Source: an uncultured bacterium (GTDB taxonomy: Bacteria > Hydrogenedentota > Hydrogenedentia > Hydrogenedentales > CAILVY01). Taken from it: a stretch of 64,000 nucleotides of DNA. Position numbers and translations under genes: made by a program. A model generated the notes under the pieces. That model had not been told where the DNA came from. It searched no databases and worked only from the letters and a program-made list of their open reading frames with translations. The stretch spans positions 4,589-68,588 of the forward strand of contig CALEDJ010000029.1 of the NCBI GenBank assembly GCA_937951485.1. The letters are read 5' to 3'. Below, in pieces: positions 41,905-50,696 of this stretch (position 1 is its first letter; each line of letters begins with the position of its first letter).

Positions 41905-42678
41905 TTGCAGGATCAGCGCCCATCGTTTGAATCCCGCCCGCCTCTGGGTGACACGCCCGATGTCGCGGCGCGGCTGGGCGCTGTCTTTGGATATGCGCAG
42001 GTCGGTCGGTGTCTTAACGGCATTACGCATGATATCAACAACGCTCTCGGTGCCATTATGGCCTATGCCGAACTGATCATGAACGACCGCCGGATCGACG
42101 CCGAATCGCAGCGCATGTTGGGAGAAATCATTGAAGGAGCGAAGAAGTGCGGCGCCTTAATTGCCGGATGTGTGGAAATCGCCCGCAAAGGGAAACCCGC
42201 CATCGCCGAAGTTGATCCCTTGGACATTGTCCATCGTGTGTTGCAGTTGCGCAGGCATGAAATGCGTCTGGCCCGCATTGGCCTGGAAACCCGATTTGAA
42301 CAGCCATTGACTGTCATTGTCGCGGACAGAGCGAGAATACATCTGGCGCTGTTGTGCCTGATCATGAACGCACAGGAGGCGCTTGTGGAGTGGCCTGAAG
42401 ACCGGCTCATTCGGATATCGGTGCGCCCATCGGACAATGGCATCGCCATTTCCATATGGAATTCCAGCCCGCCGCCCCCGCCTGAACTGGCGGCGCGCAT
42501 GTTTGAACCTTATGTGACGACCAAAGGGACGGAACATCCCGGCCTGGGTTTATACATCGCGCGGGAAATCGCGGAAGCGCACGGCGGCGACCTGGTCTAT
42601 GCCCCGGATACGGGCTTTACGCTGCGCCTGCCCGCCAAGAGTCCCCTGTATCCTCAGGGGTGTGGTCCCAGCATGTAG
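41905..42678 (+). CDS. orphan cytoplasmic sensor histidine kinase (HisKA + HATPase_c only)
   Basis: The H-box is ITHDINNALGAI and the G2 box is GLGLYIAREIAEAHGGDL. A TTG start at 41905 follows GGAGGAG by 9 nt. The alternative ATG at 41773 would overlap icd. Confidence 0.55.
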   Translation: MQDQRPSFESRPPLGDTPDVAARLGAVFGYAQVGRCLNGITHDINNALGAIMAYAELIMNDRRIDAESQRMLGEIIEGAKKCGALIAGCVEIARKGKPAIAEVDPLDIVHRVLQLRRHEMRLARIGLETRFEQPLTVIVADRARIHLALLCLIMNAQEALVEWPEDRLIRISVRPSDNGIAISIWNSSPPPPPELAARMFEPYVTTKGTEHPGLGLYIAREIAEAHGGDLVYAPDTGFTLRLPAKSPLYPQGCGPSM

Positions 42679-43334
42679 ATGACTTCCACGCGGGCGGTGC
42701 AGGAAACCTGCTGCATATTCGGCTGCACCCCCTTGACGTTGGGCGCGTCGTTCCAGATAATCTCCCGCACACGCACCGTATCCACCGCATAGATGGAACC
42801 GCGCAACGCGCCCGCCACCGCGTCCGCCACCGGATATGCGTTTTCCGTGGCTGCGGTTACCGCCGCCTGCACCATGCTTTCGCGATTGGCCGGTTCAAAT
42901 ATAGGCCCCTCCGTCATGCACGCCAACCCTTCCGCGATGGAGGCCATCTTGTCGCAAAGCCGCCCGAAGAATGCCGGCCCGGTCTCCGGGGACACGAAAC
43001 TGGCCATGGGAAAACGCACCCGCGCCGACATGCGCACCGCCTTTTCCTCCTGCATGTCGGACACGGCGGGCGGACTGACATAAATATCGCTTGCGCGCAA
43101 TTCCGCCGCCGTCAGCCGACCCCGTAGATTCTCCTCAAATTGGGCGGCCGCGCCCATGGACTTTTCAAGTGTCTCGTCGGTCACGGTCAGGTGAAGCCAG
43201 AAATCCACATGCGCGGGCACCGCGTAGACCGTGGCAACGCCCAGGCTCCTGATTTGCGGCGGATTGACCTCCTGCGCCAAAGCGTGGGATGCAACGCCAA
43301 GAATGGTCAATGGCATGATCAACGTAAACCGCAT
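42654..43334 (-). CDS. SIMPL/DUF541-like periplasmic protein
   Basis: A signal peptide is followed by IRSLGVATVYAVPAHVDFWLHLTV, which resembles the SIMPL fold. The assignment is tentative. Confidence 0.4.
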   Translation of the reverse strand: MRFTLIMPLTILGVASHALAQEVNPPQIRSLGVATVYAVPAHVDFWLHLTVTDETLEKSMGAAAQFEENLRGRLTAAELRASDIYVSPPAVSDMQEEKAVRMSARVRFPMASFVSPETGPAFFGRLCDKMASIAEGLACMTEGPIFEPANRESMVQAAVTAATENAYPVADAVAGALRGSIYAVDTVRVREIIWNDAPNVKGVQPNMQQVSCTARVEVIYMLGPHP

Positions 43335-43373
43335 ACGGTATTCCTCCCGGCGGGCTTCCACAAGCATCCGCCA

Positions 43374-44195
43374 TCATTGCTTTTTCTTTGGAAGGAACGG
43401 AAATATTTCCAGGATTTCATCCGGGCCGGGCTGACGCCCGTATTCGCACACCTCAAAAAGTTCCGCAAACCGCACCGCTTTTGCCGCCTCTTCGCCATAC
43501 AATCGCGCCAACGCGGCGCGGGCCTGTTGCGCCGGCTCCAGAAAAAACGGCGTCAGGATCCTTTCCAGCCATTCGCGACGCGCCGCCGGGTCCCTGGGCA
43601 CGGCCTCCGATGCGCCTTCCAGCCAGGGAAGCCATTCGTAGAACTGCGATTCCATCGCATCGAGCATGGACCATTTGACATCCATCACGCTGTCCACTGC
43701 GACAGCGATGTCGGGCTGGAACGGAATCGGCCTGGTAAACTTATCCATCATGTAAAGGAAAATCGGATTCCTGCGCAGGGACGGCGTATCGGGGCAGAAG
43801 AAGGGCACCGTCACCATGAACGCGGCGTCCTGCACCGCGATGGCGGCATAGCGGTGGTCCGGATGATAATCCCAAGGACGATGCGTGATGACCACATCGG
43901 CGCTGCACTGCCGTATCAGTTTCACCACCTGCCTCCGCGTTTCCAGCGTGGGCAACAACTCGCCGTCGTGAATGTCCAAGATGCTCGTCTTCAGGCCGGC
44001 GCGCTCAGCGGAAAGCCGCGCCTCAGCGGCGCGTCGCCGCGCCAACGCGCCGCCGGCCATTTCGTGGTGACCGATGTCGCCGTTGGTGAGCGACACCATG
44101 TGCACCTTGTGTCCTGCGCGGGCACATTGCACCATCGTACCGCCCGCGTAGAACTCCGCGTCGTCGGGATGCGCGCCGATGCAGACAATATTCAT
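43374..44195 (-). CDS. PIG-L/LmbE-family N-acetylglucosaminyl deacetylase
   Basis: The motifs IGAHPDDAEFYAGGT and HPDH are present. Confidence 0.7.
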   Translation of the reverse strand: MNIVCIGAHPDDAEFYAGGTMVQCARAGHKVHMVSLTNGDIGHHEMAGGALARRRAAEARLSAERAGLKTSILDIHDGELLPTLETRRQVVKLIRQCSADVVITHRPWDYHPDHRYAAIAVQDAAFMVTVPFFCPDTPSLRRNPIFLYMMDKFTRPIPFQPDIAVAVDSVMDVKWSMLDAMESQFYEWLPWLEGASEAVPRDPAARREWLERILTPFFLEPAQQARAALARLYGEEAAKAVRFAELFEVCEYGRQPGPDEILEIFPFLPKKKQ

Positions 44196-44854
44196 CACAT
44201 TCCCCCCTCCGTTTTCCAATTCACCCGAAGCGGATTGCTGAGAATCCGGGTCATGTCTTTGGCGTCTGTCATCACGTCCATCACATCCATCGCCGACAAG
44301 TCCGCCTCCGGCGGCAATAACAACGCTTCCGCCTCCGCATGAACGAGCACGCTTTCGCCCGCTTCACGCACCGGGTCCAGAATGTCCACTGTGAACATGC
44401 GTTCCGCAATAACGCCCTCCGGATGGGCGATCTCCGTTGCGTCGCGTCCGAAAAGCACGGCAAAACGCGCCACTTCGCGCTGCTCCACCAACAAGGCGCC
44501 ACGCAACAACACCAGACGCTCGGCATACTGAATCACACTGTCCGCATTGACGCGCACCGCCGCCGCCAGTGATTCCGGCGCGGCCGTCAGATCCGCCGTG
44601 CTCATGACCATCCGCTCCCGCCGGGATTGCTGATCCTCGACCACAACACCCGATCCGCGCGACGATTCATCAATCGTCACCTCGATCCATACCCCGGCCT
44701 CCACATCGCCGATATCCATGACATGCGGGGCGTGTTCAGCAACGGGCGCGCTCGGTTTAACGTTTGCATCTCTCTTTGGTTCAGGCTTTTCAGGGTGGCA
44801 CCCCATAGTCACGAGGCACGCCGCAAACAACACCGCCATGACTGACCACTTCAT
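44195..44854 (-). CDS. hypothetical lipoprotein
   Basis: The N-terminus MKWSVMAVLFAACLVTMGC carries a lipobox. Its stop overlaps the PIG-L start in an ATGA-type junction. Confidence 0.4.
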   Translation of the reverse strand: MKWSVMAVLFAACLVTMGCHPEKPEPKRDANVKPSAPVAEHAPHVMDIGDVEAGVWIEVTIDESSRGSGVVVEDQQSRRERMVMSTADLTAAPESLAAAVRVNADSVIQYAERLVLLRGALLVEQREVARFAVLFGRDATEIAHPEGVIAERMFTVDILDPVREAGESVLVHAEAEALLLPPEADLSAMDVMDVMTDAKDMTRILSNPLRVNWKTEGGM

Positions 44855-45029
44855 GTTTTCAAACTCCTCGCATTGGCCGCGCGAAAATACTTCCTCGCAG
44901 ACCATGAAAGCACAAGCGATAGCGAATGCGCAAATCATACATGTAAATGTGCGTGCCTTTTCGCGTCGCTCATCAGCGAGGAATTCCTTCAGGAAAAACA
45001 GGAAAAAGGTCATCGGCCACGGCGCGCAA

Positions 45030-45569
45030 CCCATCCGGGAACGGATTCATGTGCCGCTGATTATCCATGTTCCCGGCCGGGCACCCGCCCGAAGAACGGA
45101 CTTGGCGAGCCTGATCGATCTTGCGCCGACGCTTCTGTCGCTTGCGGGCTGCGAACCGTTGCACTATTCGAGAGGCGTCAATCTGTTTGACCCGACGCTA
45201 CAAAGCAGTCCCGAGGATTTTCTTTTTTCGGAAATGTTGGACTATACCGAAGCGCAGCAGTACGCGGTGATCACGCAGGACTGGAAATACATGCGCCGGA
45301 TCGGCGAGAAGCCACACCCGTTTGCCCGACCGCCCCCGCCGGAAATCACGGTGGAATTGTATTCACGCACCCACGACCCGCTGGAACGGGAAAACGTGGC
45401 GGACGCCCACCCGGAGGTGGTGGAACATCTGGAGACCGAGGCGCAGCGCTTCATGGCGGCGTTGGATGCAACGGAAGCCGGCTCTGAGGACGCGCATAGT
45501 GACGCGGATGATATGGGCCTCACAGACGCCCAAATCGAAAAACTTCAGGCGCTGGGATATCTGGAGTAG
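45030..45569 (+). pseudogene. sulfatase C-terminal domain remnant (N-terminal catalytic domain missing)
   Basis: Only the C-terminal approximately 180 aa of a sulfatase are present (IHVPLIIHVPG...LAPTLLSLAG...ELYSRTHDPLERENVA). The N-terminal catalytic domain is absent. Confidence 0.5.
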
Positions 45570-45578
45570 CCCCGCCTG

Positions 45579-47096
45579 TCAGCCGAAATGTCGCTGCAGG
45601 AAGGCCAGGTCCAATTGCGGATAGACGGGGAAGCGGTCGATCAGCGCCTTGGTACGCGCCAGGGCATCCTTGCGCACGGCATCGCCCAGCACATACGCGC
45701 GCTTGCTCGGTTTGCCGGCCTTGTCCCCGCTCTTGATGAGGTCCGGCCGCGTGCCGTCGAGCACCAGCCGGATGATCGCCGCGATCTCCTTCATCTCCTC
45801 CTCGCCCATGCCCAGGGTCGTGACGGCAGGGGTACCGAGTCGCAATCCGCTGGTGATGAGCGGGCCGTTGGGGTCATAGGGCAACGAGTTGAAATTGAGC
45901 GTAATTCCGCATTCGCGGAGCGCGCCCGCCGCCTGCCTGCCCGTCAAACCCCGGCTTTCGGCGACGTTGATCAGCATCAGGTGGTTGTCGGTGCCGCCGG
46001 TGGCGATGGTCAGTCCCTCGGCGACAAGCGCCTGCGCGAGCGCCCGCGCATTGGCGACGATGCGCCGGGCATAGTCCCGGAACGCGGGCTGATTCGCTTC
46101 GGTGAAGGCCACCGCCTTCGACGCCAGGATATGCGGCAAAGGACCGCCAAGCACCAGCGGGCAACCTTTGTCCACGTACTCCGCAAACTCCTTCTTGCAG
46201 AGCACGATGCCGCCGCGCGGACCACGCAAGGTTTTGTGTGTCGTCGAGGTGACGATGTGCGCATGTTCCACGGGATTGGCGTCGCCCTGGAATACGCCGC
46301 CGGCGACGAGTCCCGCAAAATGCGCCATGTCCACCATGAAGACCGCGCCGACCTTGTCGGCGATTTCGCGCATCCGCCGGAAATTGATTTCGCGGGGATA
46401 GGCGCTGTACCCCGCCAGCAGGATCAGCGGTTTCAAATCCAGCGCCATGCGCTCGATGACATCGTAATCCAGAAGCCCGGTCTCGCGGTCCACGGCATAA
46501 CTGTAGGCGTCGAACATTTTCGCGGAAAGATTGCGCCGGTAGCCGTGCGTCAGGTGGCCGCCGGAGTAATAGTCCATGCCCAGCAGTTTCTGGTTGTTGA
46601 TCGCCTGCCGGATGCGGTTCCAGTCATCCTGCGACAATTTGGAAGGGTCTTTGACGGCCATCGCCTCCAACTGCGGCGCTTCGACGCGCGCAGTAAGCAC
46701 CGCCCAATAGGCCACCAGATTCGCGTCGGCCCCGCTGTGCGGCTGGACGTAGGCGTGCTCGGCATTGAAGAGCGTGCAAGCCTGCTCGCAGGCATACGCC
46801 TCGATGGCGTCCACGTTGTCGCAGCCCTCATAGAAGCGCTGGCCGGGAAATCCCTCGGCGTATTTGTCGGTCAGCAGGTTGCCCATGGCCAGTTGGGTGG
46901 CCAGCGAGCAGTAGTTCTCGCTGGCGATAAGCTTGAGGTAGCGGCGCTGGTCCGCCAATTCGTGCACAATGGCCTTCGCCACAGCAGGGGCGGTCTTCGC
47001 GATTTCGATCAGATTCGCAATATACCCCAGAAATCCGGCATTGACGGAACCGGGGGCCGTTTCCCGCAAATATGCGGCAATGGCGTCACGTGACAC
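45579..47096 (-). CDS. glyA: serine hydroxymethyltransferase
   Basis: SHMT motifs LIASENY and HKTLRGPRGG are present. The GTG start at 47094-47096 follows GAGGAGGG by 6 nt. The ORF-track extension to 47261 has no ATG. Confidence 0.9.
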   Translation of the reverse strand: MSRDAIAAYLRETAPGSVNAGFLGYIANLIEIAKTAPAVAKAIVHELADQRRYLKLIASENYCSLATQLAMGNLLTDKYAEGFPGQRFYEGCDNVDAIEAYACEQACTLFNAEHAYVQPHSGADANLVAYWAVLTARVEAPQLEAMAVKDPSKLSQDDWNRIRQAINNQKLLGMDYYSGGHLTHGYRRNLSAKMFDAYSYAVDRETGLLDYDVIERMALDLKPLILLAGYSAYPREINFRRMREIADKVGAVFMVDMAHFAGLVAGGVFQGDANPVEHAHIVTSTTHKTLRGPRGGIVLCKKEFAEYVDKGCPLVLGGPLPHILASKAVAFTEANQPAFRDYARRIVANARALAQALVAEGLTIATGGTDNHLMLINVAESRGLTGRQAAGALRECGITLNFNSLPYDPNGPLITSGLRLGTPAVTTLGMGEEEMKEIAAIIRLVLDGTRPDLIKSGDKAGKPSKRAYVLGDAVRKDALARTKALIDRFPVYPQLDLAFLQRHFG

Positions 47097-47296
47097 AGGG
47101 GACCCTCCTCGTTGGTCTGCATTACAGAACAAGCCGTATGTTAGCCTGTTCCCGGAATCGGGATCAAAGCAGGCAAAATCAGATTTCGGTGATCCCCGGT
47201 TTTCAGATGAAGGAATAGATAAAAGGCGCGCATGGTCTTGTTTGCCTTCAAGTCGTCTCACGTTGAGGAGTCGAGTTCCATTTGGAGGGAAAGACC

Positions 47297-47506
47297 ATGT
47301 ACGCCACGATCAAGTTTCTGACATGGATTGTGGCCAATGCACAAGACATGCGTTTGTCGCGGGCCGGGACACTTGCGGCCATCGTAAGCGCCGCGCTGTT
47401 GATGAAGGGGGTTGGGATATTGCCGTCCTGCAATTTTAACGATGTTCGCTCAAGGACGCATTCGCCGCATTACAGGCGTTGCCTGCATGAAACTGGGGAG
47501 CACTGA
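47297..47506 (+). CDS. possible small hydrophobic protein (69 aa)
   Basis: An ATG preceded by GGAGGGAAAG sits in an otherwise long non-coding region. No homology was recognised. Confidence 0.2.
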   Translation: MYATIKFLTWIVANAQDMRLSRAGTLAAIVSAALLMKGVGILPSCNFNDVRSRTHSPHYRRCLHETGEH

Positions 47507-48009
47507 GAGAGAAAACTTGCTCCTTCAGTAACATTTTACCGATTGACGCAATCATTACTGAAGACCCCATGATTGCGAGTCTCACACCGCCTTCGGCGGC
47601 GATTCGCACAAGAAAGGGGACGAACTTTCTCAGCAGCGGGGTGAAGCGTAGCGCAGCAACCTGGATATACACTTTACCTCAGAATGCCACGTTCAGCGAC
47701 ACAGAGCGCCGCTTCACTCGCAATGAGGTTTAGGCAATACTCCGGGACAATCAAAGTAAAAAACCGAATTCATACAGCACACGCCCAAGTGGTCAATACC
47801 GCCAATATCTCACCCGAAGGCATTTGCGAAATGGGCGTTCCGGACCTCAGTCCCATCAATAATCCCGGATATTTCGCGCTCTCAGGCGCGGAAACAGCCC
47901 ATTTCGCAAATGCCTGACCCGAACACTTCCTTGATTTTGTCACATAAATCCAATAACATGAGGATATTATCAGGGACAATAGACACATTTCCTGCGCGAG
48001 GGGCCGTGG

Positions 48010-49038
48010 ATGGACGAAACGCAAAGTCATCTCAAATTCTTTGGGCTGCGTGAGCAGCCGTTTGCGCCGACAGCGGATCCAGCCTATTTCTATGCCACGC
48101 AGGAACACAAGGAATGTTTGTTCCGGCTGTGGAACAGCATAGACGGGCGGCACGGCATTGCAGTGATTCTTGGAAATTATGGCACAGGCAAGACGACGCT
48201 GCTGCGCAAGTTGCTTACCGGCATGGCGGAGAACCCGGAGCGTTATTGCACCGCAGTGATTGGTTCGCCGATTCCTTCCTGGACCACGTTTGCCCTGCTG
48301 TCGGGCATCGTGACGCAATTCGGCCTGCAGTCCCACGAGCATTCGTTTGCGGCGTATATGGAGACGCTCAACCAGTATCTGCTCGCGAACCGCCACCGCA
48401 TCTGCACGCTGATTATTGACGACGCACAGAACCTGAACAAGCGGGGCCAGTTGGAGTTGCTGCGCCTGGCGCAGAACCTGGAAACGCAGCAGCATAAGTT
48501 GCTGAATCTCGTTCTTTTCGCGCAATTGGAATGGATACAGGTGCTGAAGGCGGCCCCGAATTTCGAGCAGCGTGTAAATATGACGTACACCCTGGGGCCC
48601 ATTCCTTTTGAGGAGATGCGTCGCTTCATCGAGTTTCGGTTGCAGCAGGCGGGCGCGCAACCAGGCGCGGGGCCGGAATTTGACGAAGCGGCCATGCGCG
48701 CCATTTTCGCGTACAGTGAAGGCAGTCCGCGCCTGATTGTCACGCTCTGCCGCAACGCGATGCTGGAAGCCGCGCAGTTGCAGACGCGGCGCATTAACCA
48801 TGAAATCATCCTGCATACAATCGAAAAGACCACGTTGGCCCATCCGGAAAAGCGGGCGCGCGTCGCCGCCGCAGTGCAGGATGCGTTACGCAGCACCGGG
48901 GCTTTTCCCGCGCCCAGGGAGGAGGAACCGAAAAGCGTGAAACCAGGGCGGGGAGCCTTCACGCGCGATGAAAGGGCTGCGCAACTGCTGCTGCGTGGTG
49001 TGCGAGAGCGTCCGGACGAGGAACGGGAAGCGCCATGA
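48010..49038 (+). CDS. ExeA/GspA/MshM-family AAA+ ATPase
   Basis: The N-terminal motif is FGLREQPF. Walker A is GNYGTGKTTLL and Walker B is LIIDDAQNL. Confidence 0.75.
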   Translation: MDETQSHLKFFGLREQPFAPTADPAYFYATQEHKECLFRLWNSIDGRHGIAVILGNYGTGKTTLLRKLLTGMAENPERYCTAVIGSPIPSWTTFALLSGIVTQFGLQSHEHSFAAYMETLNQYLLANRHRICTLIIDDAQNLNKRGQLELLRLAQNLETQQHKLLNLVLFAQLEWIQVLKAAPNFEQRVNMTYTLGPIPFEEMRRFIEFRLQQAGAQPGAGPEFDEAAMRAIFAYSEGSPRLIVTLCRNAMLEAAQLQTRRINHEIILHTIEKTTLAHPEKRARVAAAVQDALRSTGAFPAPREEEPKSVKPGRGAFTRDERAAQLLLRGVRERPDEEREAP

Positions 49039-50696
49039 GCGCGATGTCGCATGACCACGAGGCAGACAAGACCGGAGATGAAGGCGAACTTATCCGGTCC
49101 CGGCTCGATGAACTTGATCGCTCGCTGATGGCGGCAATGGCGCAGGACGCGCGATTGCAGAGCGGCGTTTCCCGAAATCGCTTCACCAGTGATCTCGATT
49201 TCATTCAAATGACCGGATTGACGCGTTCTCCGGCAATGGCGTCACCACCAAGCCGGACCGTCCCGCAAACGAGAACGCCGGTGGAAGACATGAATCCCGC
49301 CCATCCCGTGATATTCTATGAAGCAGGGGTGAGGGATGTGGACCATGCCGTCGCCGCCGGGGGCCGGGGAAATGCGGAGATATCTTCATCCGAGCCCCCG
49401 CCACTGGAGCCATTACAGGCGGAAACCGGGCCGTCTGTCGCCCTCACGCGGACACTCGAAACCCTTCGCGAACTGGTGACAGAGTTGGCCCGGGATTTGG
49501 GACAGCCCCCCCGTGTGCAAGGCGACGACACGACTTACGCTTCCCCGGCGCGGCATGCAGATACGCCAAGCCAAGCCGGCCCGCCCGCGTTGGCGAATGC
49601 AGCAGCGTCGCCATCCGACAAAGATGCGCCGGGATTTGAGAGGACGGCTGAGGTCCATGAGGGAATGGAACGGCGCCCGGAAGAATTGCCGAAGCACGCG
49701 TCCAATGCCACACAGCAACTCGCGGAAGCGGAGCAACTGCTTTGTGAACTGGAAAACCAGCCGCGCGATTTCATGGCGGAGAATTGGTTGTGTCTTGAAG
49801 AGGAAGAAAGCGAAGGCGATGGGACGCTCCATGATTATGATAACGAAGCGGCGCGGGCGCGCCGTTCCATGCGCTATGCGTCTCCAATGCGAAAGAGGGT
49901 TTTCTATTCAGCGCTTGCGCTGGGCGGTTTTGTTCTGACGGTTACGGCCGTGCTTGTATTCAGAGAAACCTTATGGCCGATCATGCGTTCTCCGGAACAG
50001 TTGATGATCGCAGCCAGGGCGGCGATGGCGCAGAGTCGCTATGAGCAAGCCGCGCAAGACTTCCTCCTGCTGGCGCGACGTTATCCGGCGCATCCCTTGA
50101 GCGCAGAGGCCTGGTTCGAGGCGGGTGTTGCCCTCAAACAATCCGCTTCCATGGCTGGAAACGCCGCGCGCACGCGCCGCGAAGAAGCGCTGTCGGTGCT
50201 GAACGCCTTTGTGCGGGATCACCCCGCCGACGCCAGACGGTTGCGGGCGGAATGCCTGATCGGCATACTCTATTTTGAACTGGGCAATTACCCGAAGGCG
50301 GTGGAAACGCTGCGCACGCCTGCGCAACAGGTGGAAGACCCCGCAACAGCATTGCAGGTGTTGCGCACCCTGGCGGCGGCCCATCGCGTGATGGGCGAAT
50401 ACGCCGCAGCCGAGTCGGCCTATCTTCAGGCGGCGCGCGTGGCGCGCAATGACTCCGCCGATACTGACTACATTGATTTGGGCGATATGTGCCTGGAACG
50501 GGCGCGCCTTGCGGAAAACGCCCCTGACCGGCGGCGTCTTCTTGAAAGCGCCCTGAAATATTGGGACAGAGCGCTGAACACCCCCGGGGGCGATCCGGTG
50601 CGGCGGGCGCAGATTCACAAGCGCATTGGCCTCGCTCGCGGTGATCTGGATGCGTTGGGCGACGGGCCGGACGGTCCGGAACACCTCACGCCCTGA
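49035..50696 (+). CDS. single-pass membrane protein with C-terminal TPR-like repeats (MshN/ExeB-like partner)
   Basis: An acidic N-terminal region is followed by the TM VFYSALALGGFVLTVTAVLVF. An approximately 260-aa helical repeat region follows. Its start overlaps the upstream ATPase stop. Confidence 0.5.
   Translation: MSAMSHDHEADKTGDEGELIRSRLDELDRSLMAAMAQDARLQSGVSRNRFTSDLDFIQMTGLTRSPAMASPPSRTVPQTRTPVEDMNPAHPVIFYEAGVRDVDHAVAAGGRGNAEISSSEPPPLEPLQAETGPSVALTRTLETLRELVTELARDLGQPPRVQGDDTTYASPARHADTPSQAGPPALANAAASPSDKDAPGFERTAEVHEGMERRPEELPKHASNATQQLAEAEQLLCELENQPRDFMAENWLCLEEEESEGDGTLHDYDNEAARARRSMRYASPMRKRVFYSALALGGFVLTVTAVLVFRETLWPIMRSPEQLMIAARAAMAQSRYEQAAQDFLLLARRYPAHPLSAEAWFEAGVALKQSASMAGNAARTRREEALSVLNAFVRDHPADARRLRAECLIGILYFELGNYPKAVETLRTPAQQVEDPATALQVLRTLAAAHRVMGEYAAAESAYLQAARVARNDSADTDYIDLGDMCLERARLAENAPDRRRLLESALKYWDRALNTPGGDPVRRAQIHKRIGLARGDLDALGDGPDGPEHLTP

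Noticed and set aside
45588-47093. 501-aa plus-strand ORF
   Set aside because: Antisense to glyA.
47100-47600. ZTP (pfl) riboswitch in the glyA leader
   Set aside because: I searched the leader on the glyA strand for the conserved pfl 3' pseudoknot consensus and did not find it. Rfam is still needed to be sure.
47770-48843. 357-aa minus-strand ORF
   Set aside because: R/L-rich. Overlaps the well-supported ExeA-like ATPase on the opposite strand.
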